A stretch of 64,000 nucleotides of DNA from a virus (taxonomy: Duplodnaviria; Heunggongvirae; Uroviricota; Caudoviricetes), in the IMG/VR virus record IMGVR_UViG_3300017650_000009, one strand, 5' to 3'. This document shows, one piece after another, positions 46,801 to 59,600 of this stretch. A model generated the notes under the pieces. It made no database searches. It was given only the letters and a program-made list of their open reading frames with translations, and was not told where the DNA came from. The stretch's first letter is position 1. The number at the start of each line of letters is the position of its first letter. Both the position numbers and the translations under genes were made by a program.

Positions 46801-49800
46801 ACCAACAGCAAAGCCCATCATTTCACCAGTTTCATAATTCTGTCCATTGTCGCCAGGATATGACACTACATAAGCATTAGAATATGGACGGTTATTTGTG
46901 TCGTCTGGAATCAATTTGACGACTGCACCAGTGGCCGATTCACCCCAATTTGCACTTGTTGATGACAACGTTATGTTCGAAGACCAAAGTTCGTTATTAT
47001 ACAATACGAATTTACCATTAGTATTCACATATGGCCAACCATAAACACGGTTAGGAGAGCCGGCAGTTCCGGACCATGAAGCGCCAGTTGTAAGATCTAC
47101 GTTATTTCCGGAAAGACTAGTAGCCGGCATATACCAACTAAAAATTCCGTTTGATTTGGAATCAATGCACATTTTATTCCTAGTAGCCGGGTCAATACGT
47201 CCCAGAACATTACCATAATCCAAACCAAACTCACCTTTATAATTGTATGCTCCTGTAGCAGAATTAGTAACATTCGCTTGGAAATGTGCCAAATTCATAT
47301 TCAAAGTCACAGATCGAATTAGTCCGTATCCAGTTGAACCTTGCAAACTTAGTAAAATAGTATCATCAGGATTTGTCGTTATACCGATGCTTTGCAAAGC
47401 ATTATTGCCTGATCCCAAAGCAGGATTCACATAGCGATCAATCAATTTGAAATTATTTTGCACATCGTAAACCATAACAGAACCAGATGAATATCGATCG
47501 GTTCGAGTGGTGTCGATATCATAAAAAATACCCAAAGCACTAATATAAACTTTGTTATTACGAACAGCAACACTATCGCCGTAATTTATAGTACGCCATC
47601 CATTGCCCGACGCCAAACGAGGCAAGAAACTACCATTTGCAATAATCGGCAACGCATTGGTTGCCCAATTTGTTCCATCGAAAGTTTTGATATCGACTTT
47701 GCCTCGTTCGGACAATGACATATTATAAATTGGAGTTTCCAAGCTCGAACGGTTCGTACCTGCTTTGATTGGTACAAATCCGCTATATTTTGGTGCACCA
47801 GATAAGATTGTATTATCATCCAAAACCAACGTTGCTGAACCTCGACCAAATTCAGACTCAACCATTTGTTTTGTATCACCATTTGGATCCGGTGAGAAAG
47901 AAGCTTTATATGCAGCAATATTACGAACACGGAATTCACTCAATCGATAAGTTATACCGGCTCCATTACTAACAGTATTATTTGCACGAATAATATGAGT
48001 TCCCATATCAAACTCATATCCAGTGATATCATAAGTATTAGTGTGGATTCCATGAACATATGTTCTTAATTCATTACCATCTCTAACAATGGCTAGATGT
48101 TTCCATTCAGTAGTTTCGAAACGACCAATATCAAATTGCACCACTTTTGTATCAGTGACATCATTTAGTAATTCAAAATAAAGCATAAATGAACCGATAA
48201 TTGGTTCAGCACGATATTTGATATTCCAACTATTGGTATTCGCGGAGCCAGTTGTATTTTGAAACAATATACCATCAAGGCGATCAGTTGTAATCGAGCC
48301 CATAGCTTTTGAATTCAAAGCTACATATACTTCAAAAGTGAAATTATTAAGATTTGTAAAGGTCGTACCAGTAATTGTAGGACAACCAGTACCAGTATTA
48401 GATAGCGTGGTATTAAAATGTAGACTACGTCCATAACCAACCGTAGGTGTAGCAGGTGTAGAAAATGCCGTAATACCAACAGCATTAAATAATTGTGCTC
48501 CATTAGGTTGATTTACATTTGTACCATCAGCAGCAATACTCGTACCTCTTGCATACATCACAATGTCAGAATCGGAATTATCTAAAACTGCGCTAGTTTG
48601 TGTCCATACGCCTTCACTTAGTTTGAACACGTAACTAGCTGAGTTTCCTGACGCTTCAATTGAGATAGTATTACCTTTAATTGATATAGCATTACCAAAA
48701 CGAGAGTTTGCAGTTCTAAGACCAACTAGCTTTTGTACTTGGACCGGCGTGGAACTAACATCATATACCCATACCGAACCAGCATTAGTTACGAGATTAT
48801 CGCCATTTTCATCGAACCCATTTACACTGGAAACTAGCAATGTATCTGCATCAATAGCCAGTTTATGCCCAAAAAAGTCACTATTAGTGGATGCATTAGT
48901 ACCCGTAGGTATGATCTGTGCTTCTTGAACCCAGGAAGTCCCATCGAAAGTAAAACTATATACGGATCCTGGATACGAGGATGAACCATTAACACTAGTT
49001 GAACCAACAAAAAGTTTTGTTCCGTTAAACGCCAAACTGGTTCCGAAACTAGAGTTGGCTGCACGAGTAGTAGGAACTATTTTTTGGAAACGGGTCCATG
49101 TGTTCGCAACTAAACGATAAACCCAAACAGCACCAGCATTCGTTAATGAATTGGCTCCATTAGCGTCATGAGCATGACCTGGCCCACCCATGAATGCCCA
49201 TTCACCTGCAATAGCTACTGATGTACCAAAGTAGTTGTTGGCAGCTCGAACATTTGTGCCAGAGGTTGGAGCAAATTTAGAAACTTGTTTCCAATCAACA
49301 ATAGTAGTTTCTTCAACTGTTTCGACAAAATAATCATATTCTACGATTATCACACCATCGGTGCCTTTAGTAGTATCGGTTCCACCAATCCCATATGTAT
49401 CAAAAAATGAAGGAAGCTTGCGTTTATCACCATCAAAACAGGTTACGTTTTTTACATAGCTAGGATTTGGACCGAACCCCGGTGTGACTTCAGCCATACT
49501 TGATCCACCAGACCCTGAGCCACCACATGCAAATGCTGTAAATGCACCTGTTGATCCTGCTCTGTAACCGTAAGCATTCGTACCAGCTGCACCGCCGCGA
49601 TAACCACCGCCACCTGCACCAGAATTGAATGGGTTGTCGACAAGTGTTCCGCTATTATAGGGAACAGCATTATCGCCACTCATATAAATCGGATCCATGA
49701 TGGTTTTACCACGGAGATTTGCACTATTTGCATTGACATAGTTTGTAGTCAAGTTACTATTTACGACGCCATAGATAAAATAATTCGGCGAGGACCATGC

Positions 49801-50595
49801 ATTGTTATAACCAATAACATAACGATTGGCTCCACGTGCGCGTAAGTCTACCACAACAGGATGTGTAGTCGCAGGAGAAGCTGCGCCATCACCAGCAACA
49901 AGACCACCATAACCTCCGGGACCATCTTTACCAGCGCCTCCACCGCCGCCCGCAGTTATCAAATCACCGTAAAGGATATCATGAAATGCTGATCGACCAC
50001 CACCAGAGCCACCTCGACCGTTAGGGGCAGTCAAATATCCGCCACCACCAATGGTACTAATTGTGCCACCAACTACGCCTCCCTCGCCAACAATTAGCTT
50101 ATAAGTCTTACCTGATTGAACATTGAAAGTCGCTTTTGTATATCCACCGTTACCACCTGCAAACGCACCATCAAGCGTGCCGCCGCCACCAGCACCGATG
50201 AGTTGAACTGTAACTTCTTTGACTCCTTCAGGAACAACGAAATCATATATTCCTGCAGTAGTATAAGTTAGTTTCTGCCTACGACGCTGTTTGGTGATTT
50301 TTGAACTTGGTTTTACAATTTTCTGAAATACCATTGCTCCGCCTGCATTTGCAAGCGTTGCTGTAACAGAATCATCATCTGAATAGCTGTATCCAGGAGC
50401 ACCAACAATAGTGAATATACCATCTGTTGCAACTGAATGACCAAACCTATCATTAGGTCGATAGCGACCAGAAACTGTTTCGATTGGAAACAGTGAACTT
50501 GTTTGGTTAAATGACTTCTTAGAGGCATTTGTTTTCGACTTGGATTTACCATTAAGGATCAAATCGTTATTATTGTTGGAAAAGTCTGTAGTCAT
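40897..50595 (-). CDS. giant FG-GAP/beta-propeller repeat protein with Gly-rich and LamG-like domains (probable fibre/virion protein)
   Basis: 3232 aa; many FG.SVA....VGAP...AGAV.VY repeats; GAGGGG domains; WKHLAIVRDG..LRTYVHG. Confidence 0.85.
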   Translation of the reverse strand: MTTDFSNNNNDLILNGKSKSKTNASKKSFNQTSSLFPIETVSGRYRPNDRFGHSVATDGIFTIVGAPGYSYSDDDSVTATLANAGGAMVFQKIVKPSSKITKQRRRQKLTYTTAGIYDFVVPEGVKEVTVQLIGAGGGGTLDGAFAGGNGGYTKATFNVQSGKTYKLIVGEGGVVGGTISTIGGGGYLTAPNGRGGSGGGRSAFHDILYGDLITAGGGGGAGKDGPGGYGGLVAGDGAASPATTHPVVVDLRARGANRYVIGYNNAWSSPNYFIYGVVNSNLTTNYVNANSANLRGKTIMDPIYMSGDNAVPYNSGTLVDNPFNSGAGGGGYRGGAAGTNAYGYRAGSTGAFTAFACGGSGSGGSSMAEVTPGFGPNPSYVKNVTCFDGDKRKLPSFFDTYGIGGTDTTKGTDGVIIVEYDYFVETVEETTIVDWKQVSKFAPTSGTNVRAANNYFGTSVAIAGEWAFMGGPGHAHDANGANSLTNAGAVWVYRLVANTWTRFQKIVPTTRAANSSFGTSLAFNGTKLFVGSTSVNGSSSYPGSVYSFTFDGTSWVQEAQIIPTGTNASTNSDFFGHKLAIDADTLLVSSVNGFDENGDNLVTNAGSVWVYDVSSTPVQVQKLVGLRTANSRFGNAISIKGNTISIEASGNSASYVFKLSEGVWTQTSAVLDNSDSDIVMYARGTSIAADGTNVNQPNGAQLFNAVGITAFSTPATPTVGYGRSLHFNTTLSNTGTGCPTITGTTFTNLNNFTFEVYVALNSKAMGSITTDRLDGILFQNTTGSANTNSWNIKYRAEPIIGSFMLYFELLNDVTDTKVVQFDIGRFETTEWKHLAIVRDGNELRTYVHGIHTNTYDITGYEFDMGTHIIRANNTVSNGAGITYRLSEFRVRNIAAYKASFSPDPNGDTKQMVESEFGRGSATLVLDDNTILSGAPKYSGFVPIKAGTNRSSLETPIYNMSLSERGKVDIKTFDGTNWATNALPIIANGSFLPRLASGNGWRTINYGDSVAVRNNKVYISALGIFYDIDTTRTDRYSSGSVMVYDVQNNFKLIDRYVNPALGSGNNALQSIGITTNPDDTILLSLQGSTGYGLIRSVTLNMNLAHFQANVTNSATGAYNYKGEFGLDYGNVLGRIDPATRNKMCIDSKSNGIFSWYMPATSLSGNNVDLTTGASWSGTAGSPNRVYGWPYVNTNGKFVLYNNELWSSNITLSSTSANWGESATGAVVKLIPDDTNNRPYSNAYVVSYPGDNGQNYETGEMMGFAVGISGTDIIVGRPKNTKPLYSNTNTSSYTGSTEVFRYSAPEVAYKNIQSLYPTSSQNWLFGSRIDTRGNKVTIGTSTTPQSAGTYANSSVFVYTNGTSLTLTQQVDNIGFTEYRGPTTFAPTTYLNSSLNFFEDSDNIVVGSPDQTSNNNISFGKLNLLELNVASQQYTINPTTFETKQTVSSRTVAEFGASMVTDGTRLLVGAPRYNLLDSGATANQTGAGFMFVKDGNSWAFKSKLMSETNIATGTLYGTTVDLNGEFAILTSYGTNTTSMAGYSRIFNYDGSKWKYQNELNSAPSFTTRSAVMISPTKIIMGAPAFGGTYTTSNIPYRFGAFNERTRTSETAAWATTVSTYVVPFMSAGLYDYGTLNYNTTYENEVLMRSRNDFFGEVVRFSNDKKFLIVSATGNSYAGTPLVTSTGTNYGSAYIYYWDDIKHAWRLNKKQVSITNPSNNLYYGSRIERFADSGFMISQKVSNNSGAAFTLTSSGTGPSATFANTVIVTNTTSNALFGSGMAYDDSRNLFYIGSPGATQSGPASGYFETVTNNTAKTRQVYQIDGFVNNRNQDDQFGTSVSVFKGCVAVGVPNYKYNYMGTVTNPTRGGIYTYVLDDGSFTAHQKITFETTTTTSNGLNVGMGDGVLFAGSTNTGSTMFTLDSSNTFQPTTIAPVAGYSMTFASTNTQNVLFDNKTNTVVMANTNPTYPETPDVMARMYGAAFTISPTSATSWTFNANPITSQTKNGANVLEPGHVLSTALSSNNLTLDYARSMVLSPDGSKLAIAASFDGAFPWYWSSSSNTMSLSIAGTRYTNWGRIYVYEWNPHTSKYDYHSFIMSPTLGSTNSFGASMSWADEKLVVSTPGIASFVYEPAENATWKLTSSNAMENNLTQAVIKPSGENIVMSLASSYGYPLLANSGAIGVLKNIDGVWRTNRGIMAGSDAETVFSDSVIAGGGGGGALGGFAGGTRTDSYGAFGGTNKLPESWEALVSPGNTSVLPSADHTTGAGGTYSSDIANRNGKHGYGIITFNTGEIITVAGTTGDEIPVNIPNGATVADIQLWGAGGGAAGFTTAPTSPRSALGGAGGFIRGSLNVSETDTLLVRIGLGGSGGRSVDADTSREQLRYDALSGAGARSRTPATVQNAGYGGGASYITFNGDVIAIAAGGGGGGNNTAGDSRKDGMPGGMTYNFELAYDRAQNGYSLYSSPSKINLRVANERFGYKTRIFDDNRLFIGAPGTSQTITGDTLPQNSGSIQYYKKINGSWELQSKITDKISTANAYFGYNFDFIRGDTETKFITLSGRMISTMNVDLTNLVVNNWFGSQRYSTLSYKPTEELINVETTQSFTTSQQRTTGVAAIGSNYYLGTPMYSLNMASPQFKEENIGGIQIVSGETNLPTTQFTYNGSMWSRNENDKFGTSVAISGNNIFVGAPGQDVIEENGVTTTHTDIGAVFKFTNTALTGSKYPYVAKYASSFVDGWTLQGSSLSVMDGKLYVGVETENKLIEMSQTGEILRKFTGTTGSRLVIPSTTMAFELFKDGNTGFGNQIDLPAAGYALGYLYGSDGSLGIAKYELNEIGYSNGIQAGDMFGKSVFAGKDFIVSASPYHKFTTTGAPLSTEGALFVYGYNGVNWNPEVKLTTNVIGLGQTLGGRDNYIITSKSDETDNRVEMFQRVAPGEWASLGGSTITKDIPGLEGNELASVESVAIADANRAVAGIPMRNGTAAEDSLSHFGAVALFKRDAGNFTFDSYLSALGATNGRGEGDMFGASISSSRAYVVVGSPEHAYDEQGLNSMEGSGAVWIYARTNGFPLLGKFVAPERNNFARFGAYVSIDNVTNNVAIAESGRDLVHVFVFDGANLTLDKTFDLAVEQLDGAKLLGFNNNILVVGQPTDDSNKGIITAYKRVAGQWDAGTDIIGFLNEDGTPMTNASDVDDMFGYAVDIDPRGNLIIGVPGHQWDKNGENQITPGAGAAYIRKL

Positions 50596-50601
50596 GAAAA
50601 A

Positions 50602-50650
50602 TGTCTCCAGGAATAATCAATATTTTGAGTATTTATACTTCCTGGAGACA
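50602..50650 (-). promoter_or_regulatory. late promoter TATAAATA inside a 12-bp RBS-sequestering inverted repeat
   Basis: TGTCTCCAGGAA(50602)/TTCCTGGAGACA(50639); TATTTATA at 50630-50637. Confidence 0.7.
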
Positions 50651-50661
50651 CTGTAAAGTTG

Positions 50662-53600
50662 TTAGTTCTTATACCACAAAGCTTTAAGATTGGTGGGTTT
50701 TACATTCGATGCACCATTTGAAATTACATCTGCAACATCAGCATTTGTTAATTTGGTATTCCAAATTGCGATATCTGACATCTGCCCAACAAAGCCATTG
50801 ATTGTAGGCTCAGTGGTGTTTCGTTCTGCAAACATTGCGCCAATAGCCAACATACTAGAAGCAGCGATTGGCTTCGTAACTACAGTATCAAATATTTTTG
50901 TGGTTCCTTTATAAACGGTTAACGAACCAGCAGCGTATGCATAGGTTATATTAAACCATGTATCATCAATCTCACTCGTTGTTCCACCAATAATATATTG
51001 ATTATCTCCACTAACTGTGATTTCACCATCATTGGTGACACGTAAGAAATGAGCATTTGCATTTTCAGTTTCACCAACATGCAAAGCTACTAAACCCGCT
51101 TGACCTGTTTTACCTGCAGTTCCATTGTAGAAATTATCTGCACGATATGGTGTTCTCAATTTAGATGCAATATTCATTGGAATTGGTAGGTTATTAGTAA
51201 CAATTTTATATGTATCCAAAATAACGGTTGAATCAATAACATTAGTTGCGCTAGTTGATGCGCCCGATGCAATAGAAACAACTGATGAGCCATTTTTTGT
51301 TATAATAGTAGAGGCATTCGCATTTGCCCCTGCTACTGTTACTGCAATAACATCACCCGAAATTACTGGTATCTTACCTCTTGCGAATCCACCCGATATA
51401 TTAGCAGTGTTCGAACCTGATCCCCATGCACTAAAATATACCCAATTCACACCTGCAGGAACTGTAATATTTCCTGTTGTAGTATAAACTGTTGGTTCAA
51501 AAAAGTTTTCACGGTTCATATTATTGATTGAGAAAATAGTTCCCATATTTTGCATACGATCAACAATGTCGGATTTAACCCATGCATTAAATGTGAATGA
51601 GTCAGTAATATCGTCAATTACTGATGAACCATCCAAATAGCCATCAATGCTGACAACATTAGTTCGTTCAGGAGAAACTGTCTTCATATCATAAACAAAT
51701 ACACGTCCATATTCAGAAACGCCAGCAGTAGTGCTTGTTAGGTTCGTTGGCGCACCAACTACAACGACATCATCGTAACCTGCAATCGCAGACCCAAGCG
51801 CTTGGTTACGTTGAACTTCGGAATATGGAGCAGTCAATGAACGGGCTAGTGTAAACGCACCATCAAGTGGAAGGTCGTTATTTGCTTCATCCATCACAAC
51901 GCTTGCCAATGTAGTAGGATTCAATTCAGCAACAGCCTGGAAAGCAGGATCACTAAACACAACAGACGGTGTCATAGTATATCCTGAACCTCCATTAGTT
52001 AGAACTAATGTCGCACCAGCACCTGATGAAATAACAGCCGTTGCTGTTGCCGTACGAATAGGATTTCCACCAGCAAAACTAATAGTTGTATTTGAATCAA
52101 CATCTGTACCACCATTGATTACTTCAACAGATTCAACAGTTGTAGGGGCAAGCAAGATAGTAGCTGTTGCTGTACCATCGATATTGATTATAGGCAAAGT
52201 TCTATAACCCTGACCTGCATTTATAATCGAAACCTTGGTAACAATTGCATCAATATCAACATTTATATCGGAAATAGTCAAAGTTCCATAGTTGTCATCG
52301 GACGTTACTGAATCAGTAACACTACCGTAATTTTCATTTTCAGTTGTAGAATCAGTGATATTTCCATAATCCAATTCAGGAACAATAGGTGTTGCTATTA
52401 CATCATCAAAAGAACTAATCGTTGTAAATTCACCAGCATCTATAATAATAAAGCCATCAATGTTTCCGCTAACGTCAACACTGGAAACTTCTATTATTGC
52501 ATTACGAATATCGAATTCAATTTCATATTGCTCACCAATTACACCCAAAACAGTTGATTTTACACGAACTGTTTCCAAGCTCATACTCGCTTTAGCTGTT
52601 GCAGTTGTTCCGCTTTGTGGTGCAGAAATAGTTACACTTGGAATTGAACGATACCCCGTACCTGAATTATCAACATTAATTGTTCCAATACCAGTTGCTG
52701 CCAATATTGCAAGAAGAGACACATTATTTCCAGAAGATGCCGAAACTGTAGGCACACTAGTATAACCTGAGCCTGCATCATCAATATCAACTGAAACAAT
52801 TGACTGTTCTTGAATTATATATTCAGCAGTTGCACCTGATCCAGTGGTATCTTTAGGATGATTAATGATTGATACCGTAGGTTGACCGATTCCTGCATTT
52901 GTGAGGTTTAGTTTTCTAACACTTGTTGGAGCCAACAAAGCATGTGCTTCAAAACCATCAAGTGTAAATTCAACATCCGGGTTGCCCAGATAGCCCGCAC
53001 CAGATGTCAATACTGAAACACCATCAAACAAACCATTTTGGGTTTTAATACCAACCGTTGCAGGAACTGATGGATTACCTCCGACTAATCCCACTTGAAG
53101 ACCATCGAGACCTTCTAGCTTGAACATATGGGCTATACCGTAGTTTGCCCAGTTCAAATTACCATACTCATCACTACTATAAGCCTGCACCCCAACTGCT
53201 AGGATACCATTATCAAAATCAAAAGTAGTACCAAATGCGGCGTTTGTAGTTCTATTAGGTGCTAATATCTTCTGTTTGAACGTCATATTGTCAGTGTCAC
53301 GCTTGAACAAATAAATTGCACCAGCACCGGTTACCGAAACATTGTCAGTATCAAAACCATGTTTAGGCGCACCAACTAAAAGAATTCCGTTCTTTGCTAC
53401 AATTGTCGTACCAAAACCACTAGTGACATTTGGGTTTGAACCACCCGGAACAATCTTATCGAATGTATACCACATACCATCGGCTTTACGCTCAAACTCA
53501 TATACTGCACCTGCAACGGAATGATTTGGTGAACCGACAAATAATCTTGATGTTGATTCATCGTAACTTATACCAGTTCCAAATGCATCATTTGAATTGT

Positions 53601-56600
53601 GATTCCCAGTACCAGTAGGGGTTAACTTCTGTTTGAATACGGTACCTGTTTCTATAACATCAAATACATAAACAGCACCTGCATTTAAACCAACATCTCT
53701 GTTCAAATTATCAAAGCGAGATGTTGGGGACGTAACAAACAAAGTACCAGAGTTGGTGAATATATAATTAGTACCGAATGCATCATTAACCTTTGTAGGA
53801 CGTTGTGCGCTAACGCGATCAACATATGCCCATGTACCATTAATTTTATGGAAAATAGCGGCCGTGTTACCACCATTCACCGTTGATGTATTTCCTGGAG
53901 CACCAGCAACTGCAATGTCGCCATTTATTGCAACAGAATAGCCAAGATTTCTAGCAGTAACATTGCTATATGTATCACCATATGTAAAAATTTGATTCCA
54001 AGCTGAACCATCATTTTCGAAGATATAAACACGCCCGTATTCTGCTGAACCAGTAGTTGAAGGAGTTCTAGGCGCTCCCACAATAAGTGTCGAACCATCA
54101 AAATCCAAACTGGAGCCAAATGCGCCAATGTTACTAGTCAAGTTCAAATTTGTATTATTCGAGTTAATTATAGTTTCGAATACAAATTTGGTTCCATTCC
54201 ACTTATACGTGATTACTTGGCCTTTGTTGGCAGTACCATCAACTGTGAGTCCTGGTACGCCAACAAAAAGAGTATCACCACGAAGTAATACGCTTGCTCC
54301 ATAATACGCATTTTCACTGCGGGTACCTACATTATCGACTGTAATATCAAGTGTCTGAACAAGGGTCCAAGCTGTTGTTTCATTTGACCAAATACTAACA
54401 GTACCAGCATTTGGTATATATGCCGTGCCGTTCGTGTTATATGGACTTGATGGTGCACCAACAGCAATTAGATTACCTGATGCAGATGTGGATGCACCAT
54501 ATCGTGCGCCCGAAATTAACAAGTCAGTAGATGCATCCAGTATTTGAGTTTGAACAAAGTTTGATGAATTATCAGGGCGTGTTAGAACATAAACAACACC
54601 AGCAATAGCGGACGAACTACCAATATCAACACCAGAAGAATCGTGACGTGTGCCAGATGCACCAATCATAATATCATTTCCTGCACATGATACCGACGAG
54701 CCAAAGTTGGCATTTGTTGTTCTAGTAACAGGAATTGTATTATTGCCGTTTGTTGATCCTGCCACAAACGATTGGATATTATTCCATTGTCCAGGAGCTA
54801 TTTGCTTAAAGTAATAAGCAACACCTGCACCAATAACCGCATTACCTGCGGCGTCGTTTGAATGCGAAGGAGCACCAACAAGAACTTCATTACTACCATT
54901 AATAGCAACAGATTTACCAAATTTTGCACCAGCAATTAGTGGAATATTTGTTGGTAATAATTGAGTCTCAAATACCCAAGGATATTTTTTACCAGGAGTT
55001 GAATCAAATTTATAAACATAAGCTGATCCCCCAATGACGTCACCACTGGTTCCGCCTTCTGCGCCAATAACAAGTGTATCATCGGACAAAGCAATGGAAC
55101 TACCAAAATTTGCATTAGTGGTACGATTAGAAGCTACGATTTTTTGTTCAATAAGCCATTTCGATGTGGCTGAATTCCAAATCCAAACATAGACAGCACC
55201 TGCGTTGTCAAGATAGAAATTACCTTCAGCATCGTTTGAATGATTGACAGAAGCTACTGCAATTCGCATACCATCGGGGGAACGCGCTAGAATATCACCA
55301 GTACGGTCATTGTCTCCTAATTCATCACTCCAGCTGGCTAGCTTTTGCTGCTCAACCCAATTTCCTTCGATGTTTTCAAACACCCATGCAGCACCTGCAT
55401 TAGGTTTGTTTTGAGATGCACTTATACTTTCATTCTGGTCAAAACTGTGATTAGGCGCACCGATAACCATAAGATTATCATTAATATCAACACTTGTTCC
55501 GAATTTATCAGTTGATGACATGTTCGGAGATGCAGGGGAAATTATTTTAACAAATTCCCATCCTTCTGTACCCTTAGTGTACGCAATAGCTCCACCACCC
55601 AGAGGAAGTTCCGATGGATTAGTTGGATCATCGGTGAACCAAATTGAACCTACTCCAGTATTTTTACCAGTAAAATTACCAGTAAGATCATTCCATCCAT
55701 TTGGAAAATTATCAAAAGTATGAAGCAAATAAGTATCATCATCGATATTATTATTTTTCACACGATTTGCAGGTATAGTCAAATCTTTAGCATTTCTAGA
55801 AATACGCATATACGAGCAGACTGTACTCATAGCAACATCAGATGTATTAGTTGGCGAGGTTAAGTTTACCGTTCTATTCAACACGTTACATGTTAAGTCA
55901 CTATTAAATACTCTGGAAGCCTTTACACCATCAAAATAAACCGAATATTCTGTTCCTTTCTTAACGATGCCAACATGTACTTGAGAATTATTAACAACGC
56001 CAGAGGTAATATTAGTAATAGTGGCACCAGAAGTAGCATTGGTAAATGTAACTTGTAAAGTAGTTGTTTGTGCTGGTCGGTACAAATTAAGTGCCATTCC
56101 ACCCAAAGCTGCAATTCTAGGCAACTCGAACATCAGTCTTCCAGTGGTAGAAGAATATACCCCTGTATCGACAATAAGCTCAATAGTCATATCACCGTCG
56201 ACATCAAATGGTATTGCTTGTGGGCGCACATTCAATGCAAGTGTGTTACGGTTAATGTTAATACTACCCGTTTTGGAAATTCCAGGTGCACCAACAATAA
56301 GAGTTTGTGCATCAGCAGTAAGAGCAGTATCAAAGCCAAATTGTGCATTTGGCTGAATCAGGTTTGTGGCCGGAGTCAAAACATTCTTACGAACCCAAAT
56401 TTCATTTTCTAGATTATACGTAACAACTGCACCAACTTTAAATGTGCTATCACCAAACCAAGTGCCATTAGCACCAACAACGAGAGTATCATTTTCAACA
56501 GTCAATGAATAGCCGAATTGGCTATCATTTTTACGAATAGTTGCAGGCGCTGTTAATTTTTGATTCATTTTAAGAATGCCATCAGTCCATTTCCAGACAT

Positions 56601-59600
56601 AGACCGCACCTGCACGAGTCATTTTGTTCGAATTATTAGAATCGTAAGATTGTCCTGGAGCACCAACAAATACATAATCATTATAATAGGCAACTTTGAA
56701 TCCAATCTGATCACCAGCAAATCGAACATCACCGAATGGAGCCAATCGTTGCAAGTCATCCCAATAACCATCTATTTTTTTATAAACAAAGACAATACCC
56801 GCACGAAGTTTACTTTCCTCGCCAAATTCGTCAAAGTTATGTGTAGGTGCACCTACTAGAATAAAATCGCCATCAACACTGATTGACGACCCAAAACTCG
56901 AATTAAGAGAATCGCCTTGATCTCCAAAAGGCAAGCGAAGAGAAGTTTGTTTCCATACAAGCCCATCATGTTCGAAAACACAAACTGCTCCAACATTATA
57001 ATTTGCAGTTGTTTCATCAGATTTGATTCGATTGTTCGGTGCAGAAACAGCAAGTGTTATACCATCGGTTGCAATAACAGAACCAAATTTCTGTGGTGTT
57101 GTTGTATCAAGACCAGAAGGGGTTAATTTAGCTTCAAAAGTCCAATCGTCATTTGATACTTCTTCAAACCATTCAAATATAACACAACCATCATTACCTA
57201 AGCCCGGCAAATATTGAGCTTCGAACGAAAGCTTCAAATGTTCGATAAGTCCCAGCTTATTCGTTTTTGTAAAACCTTCAACTTCAGGAGAAAGATAAGA
57301 TGAACCACCGCCACCAAATGCAAACAAGTTAGTAGCTGAAAGTGAGCTAATGCCGCCAGAAGCACCACCATACCATCCATCACCACCACCACCAATAGCA
57401 ATATTTCTAACAGAATGGAATGCACCATTACCACCATTTGGCCAACCACCCTGTGTAGTGGTAAATCCCGATTCAGTAATATTAACCGATCCGCCTTGTT
57501 TGTGACTTCCGGCAACTCCTACATATCCACCTGCAGGTGGAGTTGCAAAATAACGAATGTTACCACCGGTGGTTTGGCTGCCGCCCAATCCCGGATATGT
57601 ACGGTTATCTCCACTAAATGCATTTTCACCTAGAAGGCCACCACCAGAGCCAGCAATGCCATATGAATTGGAGTTAGTATGAGCGCCAGCGCCACCGCCT
57701 GCAACTATAAGTGTCGTCGTTGAACGAAGAATTTCAGAACGACCACCGCCTGCTGCATGTGCTGTTGGCATTTTACCAACAATAACAGTGAGCGTTTCAC
57801 CAGGAGTTACGTCGAATTTTGCTTGAACAAAACCACCAGACCCACCAATACTTGTGGATGATTGTGCACCACCTGCCGCGCCCCATACGTATGCATTCAA
57901 AGATGTAATATTTTCTGGAACGATAAATGATTGATTTGCACCAATACCACTGAATATCTGTGTCTTTCTAACACGTGATTTTGTACGCTGTTCAGGGGTC
58001 TGTGCACTTTTACGATAGGCATATACTGCACCAGTAACTTCATTATTCTCGTTAAGAGCATCTGGTGCGCCAACGAACATAATATCTTCTTTAACTGATA
58101 TTGATGTACCAAAGGCCATGTTTTCGACACGGTCAGGAGCTGCGATTTTCTGACTAAATGCCCATGTACCATTAATATATTTGAATACAAAAACTGCGCC
58201 TGAATTTAGAATAGAACGTTTTACATTGTTGCCCCATTGATAACTAGGAGCACCGACTACAAGTGTATCACCATCCAGAGCAACCGACTGGCCATAACCA
58301 TCTGTGGCCAAGCGATCAGCACCACCACGAGCCAATTTATGCTGATATACCCAAGTGTCACCTTCATATGTGAACACCCATGCTGCGCCACCACCAATAA
58401 TTTGATTTGATGTATCTCCAGGGAAACTGTTTTGATCAGCATTGCCTCCGACAATTACAATATTATCTTTAATTGTGATGGATTTACCAAAATTGATATT
58501 TTGTCTGCGATCATTGGGAACCAAAGTAGTTTCATATGACCAACCATCCGGAAGGGTACGATATATATCAACTGCGCCACAATTAGTAAATGAGTTCTGA
58601 CCAGAAGCATCCAAGCGCAATGATGGTGAACCAACCGCAAGAATCAAGTGAGAAAGAGACAACGTTTTACCATATTCAACATTGAATCCAACACCGTCAG
58701 GCGAACGTGGCATAAAAGTACGATCGGCAACAAAACGACCATTATCGAAACGGTACAAATACACCTTACCAATATTGAAAGTGGTTATTGTTCCGGAAAC
58801 ATCACGTTTATAATTTGGTGCTGCAATAGCAATATGTGTATTACTGATAGCAACAGTCGACCCAAAATTCATACCTGCATCGCGTGTTTCAAAAGCAACT
58901 AGCTTCTGAAGGAATACAAGATTTCCATCAACCCAATTATATACATATGCTGCACCTGCACCTTCAAGGAAATTAGATGCTTTGTCGTCCAAACTATTTG
59001 TTGGTGTACCAATAACAACATGAGAATCAGTGGTTGCAATCGAAGCACCAAACTGATCGCCACTATTACGGTCCTGAGGTGTACCAGCAATTTTATAATC
59101 AGGAACCCATGTGCTGCCCTGACCAATTTGTGTCTTACGCTGGAATACACAGGCAGAACCTGCACCATCTAAGCTATTCAAGCCGTTCGTGTCAAACTTA
59201 TCAAATGGTGTACTGACAACAGCCAGTGAATCACGAATATCAACGGAGAAACCAAAGTACGTATCGATATTACGTCCACCCAAATCATCTTGGGTCAACT
59301 TTGTCTTATACACCCATGAACCGTTTTCCAACTCATAAATGTGAGCTGCACCGGCATTTGAAACCAAAGGTGTTGCTGCGTTTGATTTGTTACGATCACT
59401 AGCAGGAGCACCAATGATCATACGATTATTGTTGACTTTTACGTCCCAACCAAAACGAGAATTATTCGTTCCACTTGTGTCAAGTGTTGCTTTGAATGTC
59501 CAAGTTGTTCCAATGCGTTCCCAAATATATGAACGACCAGCACCCCAGGTTGTAGAACCGGATTTCTTATCCTCACCCGGTGCACCTACAACGAGCGTAG

